Below, one piece after another: positions 1 through 11,875 of a DNA stretch of 64,000 nucleotides. The notes beneath the pieces were generated by a model. It saw nothing but the letters and a program-made list of their open reading frames with translations, ran no database searches and was not told the DNA's origin. Position 1 is the stretch's first letter. Every line of letters begins with the position of its first letter. This stretch comes from Mobula hypostoma (Eukaryota): positions 255,008,001 through 255,072,000 of the forward strand of contig NC_086097.1 in assembly GCF_963921235.1 (NCBI RefSeq), written 5' to 3'. The translations under genes were made by a program, and so were the position numbers.

Positions 1-23
1 CAGAAACACAAGACAGACTTGAC

Positions 24-1400
24 CATCAGTCACTGAAAGCAAGCATGCAAGTACAGCAGGCAGTGAAGAAAGCTAATGGCATGCTGGCCTTCATAACAAG
101 GGGAATTGAGTTTAAGAGCAAAGAGGTCCTTTTGCAACTGTACAGGGCCCTGGTGAGACCAGACCTGCAGTACTGTCTGCAGTTTTGATCTCCAAATTTA
201 AAGAAGGACATTCTTGCTATTGACGGAGTGCAGCGCAGGTTCACAAGACTAATTTCCGGGATGGCGGGACTGTCATATGTCGAATGATAGGAGCGACTGA
301 GCTTTTATATTCTGGAATTTAGAAGGCTGAGAGGGGATCTTATTGAAACATAGATAGATAGATATACTTTATTAATCCCGAGGGAAATTTGGTTTCGTTA
401 CAGCCGCTCCAACCAAGAATAGAGCGTAAGTATAGCAATACAAAAAACCCCAACAATCAAACACCAAAATGCAAACTATGCCAGATGGAAAATAAGTCCA
501 GGACCAGTATATTGGCTCAGGGTGTCTGACCCTCCACGGGAGGAGCTGCACGTTCGATGGCCACAGGCAGGAATGACCTCCTGTGCCGCCAAGTGTTGTA
601 TCACGGTGGAATGTGGCCAAAGTGCAACAGGAAAAAGTTCAATATCCAGTCTGCAAACACGTTCCTCGATCGTAATATACCCCGGATTGTACCATCGTTT
701 GTTAACCAGATCAGTAAGCACCGAACTCCTTCATGCTCCCCGCTCTCAGTGCACTTGCGGTCAGGCGAAACGGTATTAAACACCGAACTCCTCTTTCGAC
801 CCGTTCCTCTTTCCACGGCTTTGTGATCCCCCTCTGTGTGTTTTCATCCGGATTTTAGCAGGGGTGTCCACCGCTCTGTTCGCTAAGCCGGCCGGCATTT
901 GATGGTCCGTGAAATACACAATGCGACCTTGCTTCCGTCCCACGTGTCGGGATGTAACCATTTCCAGCCCTAAAGAAAACCCAAATAAATCTCTTTCTAC
1001 CAGCACGTTAGAGAAGGTGCAGCATCGACGTGTTACCGTGAGGAAGAAAAATACAAAAAACAACGTAAATTAAAAAGTAAGAAGACGAAAGTGAAAATAG
1101 ATCTGAACGGCTGTAGCGGGCTGCATGCACGAGCGGCGCATGCGCACTAACGATATAAGATTATTAAGGGTTTGAACTCGGTGGAGGCAGGAAGCATGTT
1201 CCCGCTGATGGGTGAGTCCAGAACCAGAGGCCACAGTTCAAGAATAAGGGCTGGGCCATTTAGAACGGAGTTGAGGAAGAACTTTCTTACCCAGAGAGTG
1301 GTAGACATATGGAATGCTCTGCCCCAGAAGGCTGTGGAGGCCAAGTCTCTGGATGCTTTCAAAAATGGCCTTCTTCTGCACCTATTGTCTATTGTCTATT
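24..1400 (+). mobile_element. CR1-clade LINE 3' fragment, interrupted at 351-1152
   Basis: Degraded RT C-terminal coding sequence (QVQQAVKKANGMLAFI...; SRTRGHS...RKNFLTQRVV) and CTATTGT-repeat tail. Confidence 0.9.
351..1152 (-). mobile_element. ~0.8 kb internally deleted Rex1/Babar-like LINE derivative with (TATC)n tail
   Basis: Minus-strand peptides GRIVY..PAKIRMKTHRGG, LVNKRWYNPGYITIEERVCRLDIEL and RHRRSFLPVAI; 3' end TTTCCCTCGGGATTAATAAAGTA(TATC)n; splits the CR1 at GAAACA|TATAAG. Confidence 0.75.
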
Positions 1401-2249
1401 GACCAAGACGAAAATATACAAAAACACATAATTCTACCAAATAGTTACAACAGTACAAAGCATTACCGTAATTTGATAAGAGCAGACCATGGGCATCGAA
1501 AAAAAAGTTTCAATTACCTGATGGCCTCGTCATCTCACGCAGACGGTAGAAGGGAGAAACTCACCCTGCCATGAGCTTCCAGCACCGCGAACCTGCTGAT
1601 GCAGCGTCCTGGAAGCAGCCGTGCACAGTCCGACTTTGAGTCCGTCCGAAAATTTCGATCTTCCGACCAGACTCCGGCACCGAGCGCCGAGCACCATCTC
1701 TGCCGAGCGCATCGACCCAGGCCCCGGCCGCCAAGCAACAGGGAAAGCCGAGGATTCTGGGCATTCCTCTCCGGAGATTTCCGATCACACAGTAGCAGTG
1801 GCAGCGAAGCAGGCATTTCAGAAATTTCACCAGATATTCCTCCGTGCTGTCACGTCTGCCTCCATCAAATCAGAATTGTGCACGGCCTCCTACTTGACAG
1901 GTAACAGATATTCATCACTGGTGCGGCCGCGCGTAGCAAGTGTACAGAGGAAGAGACCGACCCAAAGGCCCAGATGGAACATCGGTGACCTCTTGGTTGG
2001 AAAACATTTAACTATCAGTCTAGGTTGAGCGATGCCAAACTGCACGAGCAAAGGATGCCAGAATCTGAATTCCGGCGCATCGTTGGAGGGCACCGTTAAC
2101 AACGAAGGCAGATGACGGCATTGTTAACGGCCTTATGTCGTTTCCATATATCCGCTGAGGTGCAATTTGGCTCAACTAATGTGATGGCACAAGTCGGGAG
2201 AAAAATCTCCATATTTCTGCAAGAGATTTGAAGTGGGAGCTGTGAAACA

Positions 2250-2960
2250 GAAGAGGCAGATGTGCATTAAGTGTACAGGAGCATGAAATTGGATCGTCCC
2301 GCGCAAGCGAGCTCTTGGAACAGCAGGTTTGCAGTGTGCGTATGTCTGCAGTGTGTTGTCCCTCCTATCATCGACCCGGAGAGAAGCAAATCGTCCCGTG
2401 ATGATGGAATTCAGTCATTGAGATGTTCAGCTGATTTGTCATTTGGCTGTACTTTTCCAAAAGTATCGGAGAATGCGGCTACGGAATAGACAGGTATGGC
2501 GGATCCGAGATTCCTCCTTTGACTGCAGTGTAGATTTCCACCAGAATATTGAGTCGTAGATGGAGTTTTACAATCTGCCAGAAGAGATGAATGACGCGGC
2601 CAACTCCTTGCTTCATAAAGAAGTTCTGCTTCTGACACATCAGTTCCCGCCGGGGCGTAATAATACAGGAAAGGTGAATACGGAAAGGTTGCTAACAGTG
2701 GTGTTGCTGGTGACACGTGGGTGTTGAGCGGCCAGATTTCAGATGACGTGAATATGCATGTTCACGGAGGTGACGCATTACACGGTATGTTTCGGTGTCT
2801 CTGTGAGGAAGTGACTGTACGCTGAATGTTTGTCGCTACATTGAAGTGGAGATATTGATTCGAACTTCAATAACAATCGGCTGTAAAATAGACAGAAGGA
2901 TAATTCTTTTCATGCGGGAGAAAGATTTGTCGTTTGGGGACATAAAAGGTGACAGTGGCA
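2250..2960 (-). pseudogene. Ancient Rex1/Babar-like LINE RT C-terminal fossil (representative copy; present in most units)
   Basis: Copies translate to HITNNTTVSNISAFTF, RVIHFFWQIVKL..ILLEFYTAIKESILGSAVPVYF..KLQPNDKSAEKL and NLLFQEL, resembling the post-RT region of Rex1-type LINEs; other copies near 4480, 8010, 14630, 19560, 25000, 29420, 34710, 37440, 42860, 48350, 53780. Confidence 0.6.
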
Positions 2961-3111
2961 GAGAGCGACCGTATGTGTGTCTGAGTGGTTGGTTGGTGAT
3001 TGAGTGAGTGTGTCTGTGTGTGAGCTGATGATTGTGGAACGGTGAGCAGTGACAGGCATGCAATGGTGCTTGTGGTGCTGAGCAAATTACAGAAGGTGGA
3101 TCGGATGTGCT

Positions 3112-3184
3112 GGGGAATTAGCTCAAATGGTAGAGCGCTCGCTTAGCATGCGAGAGGTAGCGAGATCGATGCTGGCATTTTCCA
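3112..3184 (+). tRNA. tRNA-Ala(AGC), mutated copy (T-stem and acceptor-stem substitutions)
   Basis: GGGGAATTAGCTCAAATGGTAGAGCGCTCGCTTAGCATGCGAGAGG..., 73 nt, TTTT downstream. Confidence 0.9.
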
Positions 3185-3682
3185 TTGACATTTTGTATTC
3201 ACAGGCACTCGTCTCATTAAATTGCTCTCTAGTTTGGAAGGCACAAAAGGTAGGGGCGGCGGAGAGGGAGAGGAACGTGACTCAGTCAAAGGAAAGGGTT
3301 AAATCTGCTGCGTTGAAAGCAGATCTGAGGAACAGCCAGCTGGCAGCTGGTGTTTCAGTCATGCATGAGCAGCAGGCGACCATTCAGACAGAAATCAGTT
3401 AAGTGGTCGAAAGGAAATTGCCCTGGACACTGGCGGAAATGGGAAAGCGGAGTAACCTTTGATTTTGACAAGCAAAGAAGATCAAAGAGCTGTGTTGGAG
3501 TCGCACCGAGAATGGTGAGAAGCTCGGTGATGTGCGTCATCCGGTCGCCTGTGGCCCCTCGTGCTGGAAGGACTAGATATTACAATTGGCAGGCTGTTGT
3601 TGTGGGTCGAGAGACACTAGGATGAAAATCTGCATAATCATTGTCGGTAGGAGCCAAGGTGGCGAAGCTTGGTGTCGCTTTT

Positions 3683-3768
3683 CCTTCGATAGCTCAGTTG
3701 GTAGAGCAGAGGACTGTAGAGGAAATGGAATCATCCTTAGGTCGCTGGTTCGAATCCGGCTCGAAGGA
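3683..3768 (+). tRNA. tRNA-Tyr(GTA) with 13-nt intron (G26A variant)
   Basis: CCTTCGATAGCTCAGTTGGTAGAGC..GACTGTAG/intron/ATCCTTAGGTCGCTGGTTCGAATCCGGCTCGAAGGA. Confidence 0.95.
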
Positions 3769-5318
3769 TTGGGACTTCTTTTACTACGCGGATCATCAAT
3801 TCCGGACTACAGAGCTTCTCGGTGGCACAAGACTGCAGTCCGAATTGCTCCGACTCGTGACGAGGTAGAATACAGAGGCATCTTATCACATAACAGGCAA
3901 GGCCAGCAGATCACTGGGTCACATTTCAGAGCGCTATGTCCTCACGCTTGCTGCTCTGACAGTACGACAACACTCACTCGTCCTAAAGTAACTCAAAGAT
4001 AGAAATATTAGATTAGATTAGATGATGAGGACACTCAGTCCACGTTTATTAAGGCATTTCAGAAGTTTCACCAAATGATCCAACGTGTTCTCATGTCTGC
4101 CTCCATCAAATCAGAATTGATTTGGCCTCCTACTTGACGGATAACAGATATGCATCAGTGTACAGAGGAAGAGACTGACACAAAGACCCAGATGGAACAT
4201 CGGTGACCTCTTCGTTGGAAGATATTTAGCAATCAGTCTTGGTTGAGTGATTCCAAACTGCACGAGCAAGGGATTCCAGAATCTGATTTTCGGCGGATAG
4301 CTGGAGGGCACCGTTGAAAGAGAAGGCAGATGACGACGTTGTTATCGGCCTTATGTCGTTTCCATACATCCGCTGAGGTGCACAACGGCTCATCTGTGTG
4401 GTGACACAAGTCGGGAGAAAATTCTGCATATTTCTGCAAGAGCTTTGAAGTGGGGACTGTGAAACCAAGAGGCAGATGTGCGTTAAGTGTGGAGGAACAT
4501 GAAATTGGAGCGCCCTGCACAAGCGAACTCTTGCTGGTTTGTCGTGTGCGTATGTCTGCAGTGTGTTGTGCCTCCTATCATCGTCCAGGAGAGAGGCAAA
4601 TCGTCCATTGATGATGGAATTCAGTCATTGAGCTTTTCCACTGATTTCTCATTTGGCTGTACTTTTCCAAAAGTGTCGGAGAATGCGGCAACGAAATAGG
4701 CAGGAACGGCAGATCCGAGTATGCTCTCTTTGATAGCAGTGTAGAATTCCAGCAGAATGTTGAGTGGTACATGAAGCTTTAGAACCTGCCAGAAGAAATG
4801 GATGACGCGGACAACTCCTTGGTTCATGATGAAGTTCTGCTTCTGACACATGAGGTCCTGCCGGGGCGTAATAGTACAGGAACTCTGAATTGGAAAGGTT
4901 GCTAACTGTGGTGTTGCTTGTGATATGTGGGTGTTGACGGGACAGATTTCAGCAGAGGTGAATACGCATGTTCACGGAAGTGATGCATTACACGTTATGT
5001 TTCGGTGTCTCCGTGAGGAAGTGATTGTACGCCGAATGTTTGTCACTACATTTAAGTGGAGATATCAATTCCAACTGCAATAACAATCGGTTGTAAAAAT
5101 AGAAGGATAATTCTTTGCATGCTGGAGAATGAATTGTCGTTCGGGGACATGAAAGGTGACAGGGGCAGAGAGCGACCGTATGTGTGTCTGAGTGGTTGGT
5201 TGATGATTGAGTGAGTGTGTCTGTGTGTGAGCTGATGATTGTGCAACGGTGAGCAGCGGCAGGCATGCAATGGTGCTTGTGGCGCTGAGCAAATTACAGG
5301 AGGTGGATCGGATGTGCT

Positions 5319-5363
5319 GGGGAATTAGCTCAAATGGTAGAAGATCGATGCTCGCATTCTCCA
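5319..5363 (+). pseudogene. tRNA-Ala pseudogene lacking the anticodon arm
   Basis: 28-nt internal deletion relative to the other copies (45 nt remain). Confidence 0.9.
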
Positions 5364-5868
5364 TTGACATTTTGTATTCAGAGGCACTCGTCTCATCAAA
5401 TTGCTCTGAATGTTGGAATGCACAAAAGGTAGCGGTGGCGGAGAGGGAGAGGAAAGTGTTTCAGGCAAGGAAAGACGGACATGTCGGAGGTCTGCTGCGT
5501 TGAAGGCAGGTAGGAGGAAAAGCTAGCTGGCAGCTAGTCTTTCAGTAATGAATGAGCTGCAGGCGACCATTCAGACAGCAATCAGTTCAGTGGTCAAAAG
5601 GAAATTGCCCTGGACACTGTGCGAAATGAGAAAGCTGAGTAGCCTTTGATTTTGACAAGCAAAGAAGATCAAAGAGCTGTGTTGGAGTCGCACCGAGAAT
5701 GGTGATAAGCTCGGTGATGTGCGTCATCCGGTCGCCTGTGGCCCATAGTGCTGGAAGGACTAGATATGCAATTGGCAGGCGGTTGCTCTGGGTCGAGAGA
5801 CACTAGGATGAAAATCTGCATAATTATTGTCGGTAGGAGCCAAGGTGGCGAAGCTTGGTGTCGCTTTT

Positions 5869-5954
5869 CCTTCGATAGCTCAGTTGGTAGAGCGGAGGAC
5901 TGTAGAGGAAATGGAATCATCCTCAGGTCTCTGGTTCGAATCCGGCTCGAAGGA
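5869..5954 (+). tRNA. tRNA-Tyr(GTA) with intron, T-stem mismatch
   Basis: Matches Tyr consensus; G49T and T43C substitutions. Confidence 0.9.
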
Positions 5955-6216
5955 TCGGGACTTCTTTTACTACGCGGATCATCAATTCCGTACTACAGAG
6001 CTTCTCGGTGGCACAAGACTGCAGTCCGAATTGCTCCGACTCGTGACGGGATAGAATACAGAGGCATCTAATCACATTACAGGCAAGGCCTGCAGAACAC
6101 TGGATCACATTTCAGAGCGCTATGTCCTCACGCTTGCCGCTCTGACAGTACGACAACTCTCACTCGTCCTAAAGTAACAGAAAGATAGAAATATTAGTTA
6201 TAAGATAGAAATATAA

Positions 6217-6317
6217 GTTGGTCCTAACGAAGGGTCTCGGCCTGAAACGTCGACTGCGCCTCTTCCTATAGATGCTGCTTGGCCTGCTGCGTTCACCAGC
6301 AACTTTGATGTGTGTTG
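6217..6317 (+). mobile_element. ~100-bp Penelope-like terminal fragment with degenerate hammerhead motif
   Basis: Same sequence as PLE ends at 27400-27500 and 50308-50405; flanked by duplicated GATAGAAATAT. Confidence 0.8.
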
Positions 6318-6454
6318 ATAGAAATATTAGATTGGATATAATTAGATGATGAGGACAATCGCTCTTCGTTTACTGTAATTTTAAAATACATGCGTTAAAA
6401 TATGATAGCATGTTCCTCCGGTATGATATCACAGAAACACAAGACAGATTTGAA

Positions 6455-7161
6455 CATCAGTCACTGAAAGTAAGCATGCAAGTACAGCAGGCAGTGAAGA
6501 AAACTAATGTCATGCTGGCTTTCATAACAAGAGGAATTGAGTATAGGAGCAAAGAGGTCCTTCCGCAGCTGTACAGGGCCCTGGTGAGACCACACCTGGA
6601 GTACTGTGTGCAGTTTTGGTCTCCAAATCTGAGGAAGGACATTCTTGCTATTGAGGGAGTGCAGCGTAGGTTCACAAGGTTAATTCCCGGGATGGCGGGA
6701 CAGTCATATGTTGAAAGATTGGAGGGACTGGGCTTGTATACACTGGAATTTAGAAGGATGAGAGGGCATCTGATTGATATATATAAGATTATTAAGTGAT
6801 TGGACACGCTGCAGGCAGGAAGCATGTTCCCGCTGGTGGGTGAGTCGAGAACCAAAGGCCACAGTTTAAGAATTAGGGGTAGGCCATTTAGAACGGAGTT
6901 GAGGAAGAAATTTTTCACCCAGAGAGTGGTGGATACACGGAATGCTCTGCCCCAGAAGTCTGTGGAGGCCAAGTCTCTGAATGCTTTCAAGAAAGAGATG
7001 GATAGACCTCTTAAAGATAGCGCTATCAAACGTTATGGGGATAAGGCAGGAGCTCGATACAGATTGTGGATGATCAGCCATGATCACAGTGAATGGCGGT
7101 GCTGGCTCGAAGGGCGGAATGCTCTACTTCTGCACCTATTATCCATTGCCCATTGTCTATT
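6455..7161 (+). mobile_element. CR1 3' fragment (uninterrupted version)
   Basis: RT C-terminal peptides LVRPHLEYCVQFWSP and LEFRRMRG plus CR1 3' UTR. Confidence 0.9.
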
Positions 7162-8866
7162 GACCAACACTAAAATTGACAAAAAACACATAATTCTACC
7201 AAATAGTTACAACAGTGCAAAGTAATACCGTAATTTGATAAAAGCAGACCATGGGCACCAAAAAAAAGTTTCAAAGACCTGATGGCCTCATCATCTCACG
7301 CAGACTGTAGCAGGAAGAAACTCCCACTGCCTTGAGCTCGGAGCGCCGCGAACCTGTTGATACAGCGTCCTGGAAGCACCCGCCCACAGTCGTATTCTGA
7401 GTCCGTCCGAAAACTTCGATCTTCCGACCGGCCCTCCGACACCGAGCACCGAGTACCATCTCTGCCGAGCGCATCGACCCAGGTCCCGGCCGCTAAGCAA
7501 CAGGCAAAGCCGAGGATTCAGGATATTCCTCTCCGGAGATTTCGGATCACACATAGCAGCGGCAGCGAAGCAGGCAGTTCAGAAGTTTAACCAGATGTTC
7601 CTCCGGGCTCTCACGTCTGCCTCCATCAAATGAGAATTGTGCACGGCCTCCTACTTGACAGAAAACAGATATTCATTACCGGAGAGGCCGGGAGTGGCAA
7701 GTGTACAGCGGAAGAGACCGACACAAAGGTCCAGATGGAACATCGGTGACCTCTTCGTTGGAAGACATTTAGCAATCAGTCTAGGTTGAGCGATTCCAAA
7801 CTGCACGAGGAAGGGATGTCAGAATCTGAATTTCGGCGCATCGTTTGAGGGCACCGTTGAAAACGAAGGGAGCTGACGACATTGTTAACGGCCTTATGTC
7901 GTTTCCATATATCCGCTGAGTTGCAATGAGGCTCAACTAATGTGGTGGCACAAGTCGGGAGAAAAATCTCCATATTTCTGCAAGAGGTTTGAAGTGGGAG
8001 CTGTAAACAGAAGAGGCAGATCTGCATTAAGTGTACAGGAGCATGAAATTGGATCGTCCTGCACAAGCGAGCTCTTGGAACAGCAGGTTTGCAGTGTGCG
8101 TATGTCTGCAGTGTGTTGTCCCTCCTATCATCGACCCAGAGAGAAGCAAATCGTCCCGTGATGATGGAATTCAGTCACTGAGCCGTTTATCTGATTTGTT
8201 ATTTGGCTGTACGTTTCCAAAGGTGTCGGAGAATGCGGCAACGAAATCGGCGGGTATGGCGGATCCGAGATTGCTCATTGAGTGCAGTGTAGATATCCAC
8301 CAGAATGTTGAGTCGTAGATGGAGTTTTACAATCTGCCAGAAGAAATGGATGACGCGGCCATCTCCTTGGTTCATGAAGATGTTCTGCTTCTGACACGTG
8401 AGTTCCCGCCGGGGCGTAATGATCCTGGAAAGGTGAATGCGGAAATGTTGCTAACTGTGGTGTTGTTGGTGATATGTGGGTAGTGAGGGCCAGATTTCAG
8501 ATGACGTGAATATGCATGTTCACGGAAGCGACGCATTACACGGTATGTTTCGATGTCTCTGTGAGGAAGTGATTGTACGCCGAATGTTTGTCGCTGCATT
8601 GAAGTGGAGATATCAATTCTAACTGCAATAACAATCGGTTGTAAAAGTAGAAGAATAATTCTTTGCATGCGGGAGAATGAATTGTCGTTTGGGGACATAA
8701 GAGGTGACAGTGGCAGAGAGCGACCGTATGTGTGTCGGAGTGGTTGGTTGATGATTGAGTGAGTGTGTCTGTGTGTGAGCTGATGATTGTGCAACGGTAT
8801 TCAGCGGCAGGCATGCAATGGTGCTTGTGGCGCTGAGCAAATGACAGGAGGTGAACCGGATGTGCT

Positions 8867-8939
8867 GGGGAATTAGCTCAAATGGTAGAGCGCTCGCTTA
8901 GCTTGTGAGAGGTAGCGAGATCGATGCTCGCATTCTCCA
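8867..8939 (+). tRNA. tRNA-Ala(AGC), anticodon-arm substitutions
   Basis: 73-nt match with A37T and C40T. Confidence 0.88.
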
Positions 8940-9446
8940 TTGACAATTTGTATCCAGAGGCACCCGTCTCATTAAATTGCTCTGAAGTTTCGAATACACA
9001 AAATATACGGGTGGCAGAGAGGGACATGAACGTGTCTAAGTCAAAGGAAAGGAGGAAATGTCGTAGGTCTCCTGCGCTAAAGGCAGATACGAGGAAAAGG
9101 TAGCTGGCAGCTGGTGTTTCAGTAATGCATGAGCTGCAGGCGACCATTCAGACAGAAATCAGTTCAGTGGTCGAAAGGAATTTGCCCTGGACACTGGGCG
9201 AAATGAGAAAGCGGAGTAGCCTTTGATTTTGACAAGCAAAGAAGATCAAAGAGCTGTGTTGGAGTCGCACCGAGAAAGGTGATAAGCTCGGTGATGTGCG
9301 TCATCCGGTCGCCTGTGGCCCATAGTGCTGGATGGACTAGATATTACAACTGGCAGGCTGTTGCTCTGGGTCGAGAGACACCGGGATGAAACTCTGCATA
9401 ACCATTGTCGGTAGGAGCCAGCGTGGCGAAGCTTGGTGTCGCTTTT

Positions 9447-9532
9447 CCTTCGATAGCTCAGTTGGTAGAGCGGAGGACTGTAGAGGAAATGGAGTCAGCC
9501 TTAGGTCGCTGGTTCGAATCCGGCTCGAAGGA
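9447..9532 (+). tRNA. tRNA-Tyr(GTA) with intron, T39G
   Basis: 86-nt match. Confidence 0.9.
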
Positions 9533-9898
9533 TCGGGACTTCTTTTACTCCGCCGATCATCAATTCCGGACTACAGAGCTTCTTGGTGGCACAAGACTGC
9601 AGTCCGAATTGTTCTGACTCGTGACGGGATAGAATACAGAGGCATCTAATCACAGAACTGGCAAGGCCAGCAGATCACTGGGTCACATTTCAGAGCGCTA
9701 TGTCCTCATGATTGCTGCTCTGACACGACGACAACCGTGACTCGTCCTAAGGTAACACAAAGATTGAAATATTAGATTGGATATGATTAGATGATGAGGA
9801 CACTCAGTCCTCGTTTACTGTAATTTTAAAATGCATGCCTTAAAAATGATACCATGTTCCTCCGGGCTGATATCACAGAAACACAAGACAGACTTGAA

Positions 9899-10225
9899 CA
9901 TCAGTCACTGAAAGCAAGCATGCAAGTACAGCAGGCAGTGAAGAAAGCTCATGGCATGCTGGCCTTCATAACAAGGGGAGTTGAGCATAAGAGCAAAGAG
10001 GTCCTTCTGCAGCTATACAAGGCCCGAGTGAGACCACACCTGGAGTACTGTGTGCAGTTTTGGTCTCCAAATTTGAAGAAGGACATTCTTACTATTGACG
10101 GAGTGCAGCGTAGGTTCACAAGGCTAATTTCCGGGATGGCGGGACTGTCATATGTCGAAAGATTGGAGCGACTGGGCTTGTATATTCTGGAATTTAGAAG
10201 GCTGAGATGGGATCTTATTGAAACA
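9899..10225 (+). mobile_element. CR1 fragment
   Basis: RT C-terminal peptide in ORF 9854-10228. Confidence 0.88.
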
Positions 10226-10686
10226 TAGATAGATAGATAGATAGATTTACTTTATTAATCCCGAGGGAAATTTGGTTTCGTTCCAGCCGCACCAAACAAG
10301 AATAGAGCGTAAGTATAGCAAAACAAAAAACCCCAACAATCAAACAACAAAATCCAAAACTATGCCAGATGGAAAATAAGTCCTGGACCAGTCTATTGGC
10401 TCAGGGTGTCTGACCCTCCACGGGAGGAGCTGCACGTTCGATGGCCACAGGCAGGAACGACCTCCCGTGCCGCCAAGCGTTGTATCACGGTGGACTGTGG
10501 CCGAAGTCCAATAGTAAGAACTTCAATATCCAGTCTGCAAACACGTTCCTCAATCGGAATATATCCCGGATTGTACCATCTGTTATTAACCAGACCAGTA
10601 AGCACCGAACTCCTTTATGCTCGCCGCTCTCAAAGCACTTCCGGTCAGGCGGAACGGTATTAAACACCGAAATCCTCTTCTCCAAA
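10226..10686 (-). mobile_element. Rex1-like derivative, truncated by deletion
   Basis: Homologous to 351-795; (TATC)n tail. Confidence 0.75.
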
Positions 10687-10693
10687 GGCGAAT

Positions 10694-11613
10694 CCTTTCT
10701 ACCTTGTTTCTGTCCTTGTTGAGCTAATTGAGGCAGCTGATTCTCGTTGGGGCTAGCTGCATAAAAACCTTCAGAGAGCAGGGCGTGGTTGCTGGATTGT
10801 TCTTGTCCTAACACCTTGTATCCCTTCCTCTGCCTTCTGTTTCCACTCCTGAAGACCTGCCCTGTCTTGCTGGAAACGCTCGCCTTGTCTTGCTGCAAAC
10901 ATTCGCCTTGTCTTGCTGGAAACACTCGTCTTGCCTTGCTGGAAACGCTCACCTGGTGTTGCTGGAAACGCTCGGCTTGGCTTGCTGGAAACCATCGCCT
11001 CGTCATGCCTGCAGTCTTGTACTGTAGCCACCCTGTTCCTAGCTCCCTTCCTATCCCTTGCCTCCGCCCAGGTAAGCCAGGCCGTCTTGCCGTTACTTGG
11101 GGTTGGTTCTGTCCCGTCCTGTCCCTTGCCTGTGTTGGGTGGTGATCCGCTCCGTGCCCAGGAGTAACGCACCCTGCCCAGGGGGAGACTGATAAGCCTC
11201 GCCTCAAGTCTGCAGCCTCTAGCCTCGCCTTGCCTCAGGTCTCCAGCCTCCAGCCGCGCCTCGCCTCAAGTCTCCGGCCTCCAGCCTCGCCTCGCCTCAA
11301 GTCTGCAGCCTCCAGCCTCGCCTTGCCTCAAGTCTCAAGTCTCAAGTCTCAGGTCTCGTCCCGCCTGCCTGCCAAGACTCGTCCTTGCCTGGTTCTGCGG
11401 TCGAGCATAGGCAAGACCCAGGTACTGGGTCCTTGTGCAGTCTCTGGCTCGGAGTCCAAGCTCGGGCTCCTAGCTCCCTGGTTCAGTCCTGTTGCGGGTT
11501 CCTGGTTTTCCTGACCATGTCCTTGCTTTCGCCCTGTATCCTAGTCCTGTCCCTAGTAGTTCAGTGTCTGTGTCTTGCACTTGGGTCCGTTCCCAGCCCG
11601 TGCCCGTATGACA
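10694..11613. mobile_element. Solo LTR, left end deleted, ~6 copies of 23-bp repeat
   Basis: Ends TATGACA followed by ATATC; homologous to 20163-21336. Confidence 0.75.
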
Positions 11614-11875
11614 ATATCAATTCCAACTGCCGTCACAATCGGTTTGTAAAAATAGACAGAAGGATAATTCTTTGCATGCGCGAGAATGAATTGTCGTTTG
11701 GGAACATGAAAGGTGACAGGGGCAGAGAGCGACCGTATGTGTGTCTGAGTGGTTGGTTGATGATTGAGTGAGTGTGTCTGTGTGTGAGCTGCTGATTGTG
11801 CAACGGTGAGCAGTGGCAGGCATGCAATGGCGCTTGTGGCGCTGAGCAAATGACAGGAGGTGGATCGGATGTGCT

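Noticed and set aside
3112..3184. tRNA copies as heads of tRNA-derived SINEs
   Set aside because: Full cloverleafs followed by T4 terminators, Tyr intron retained, shared upstream flanks; amplified at DNA level
3586..4002. Recurrent ORF MKICIIIVGRSQ...FSFDSSVGRAEDCR as a multicopy small protein
   Set aside because: It is the translation across the tRNA-Tyr gene; starts and stops vary between copies
5200..5240. TGATGA...CTGA as a C/D snoRNA
   Set aside because: Too short, lies in GT-rich low-complexity sequence, no terminal stem or recognisable guide
5691..5716. Hairpin CACCGAG/CTCGGTG between Ala and Tyr as a third ncRNA
   Set aside because: Only 7 bp; broken without compensation in the copies near 12280 and 39995; no Pol III boxes recognised
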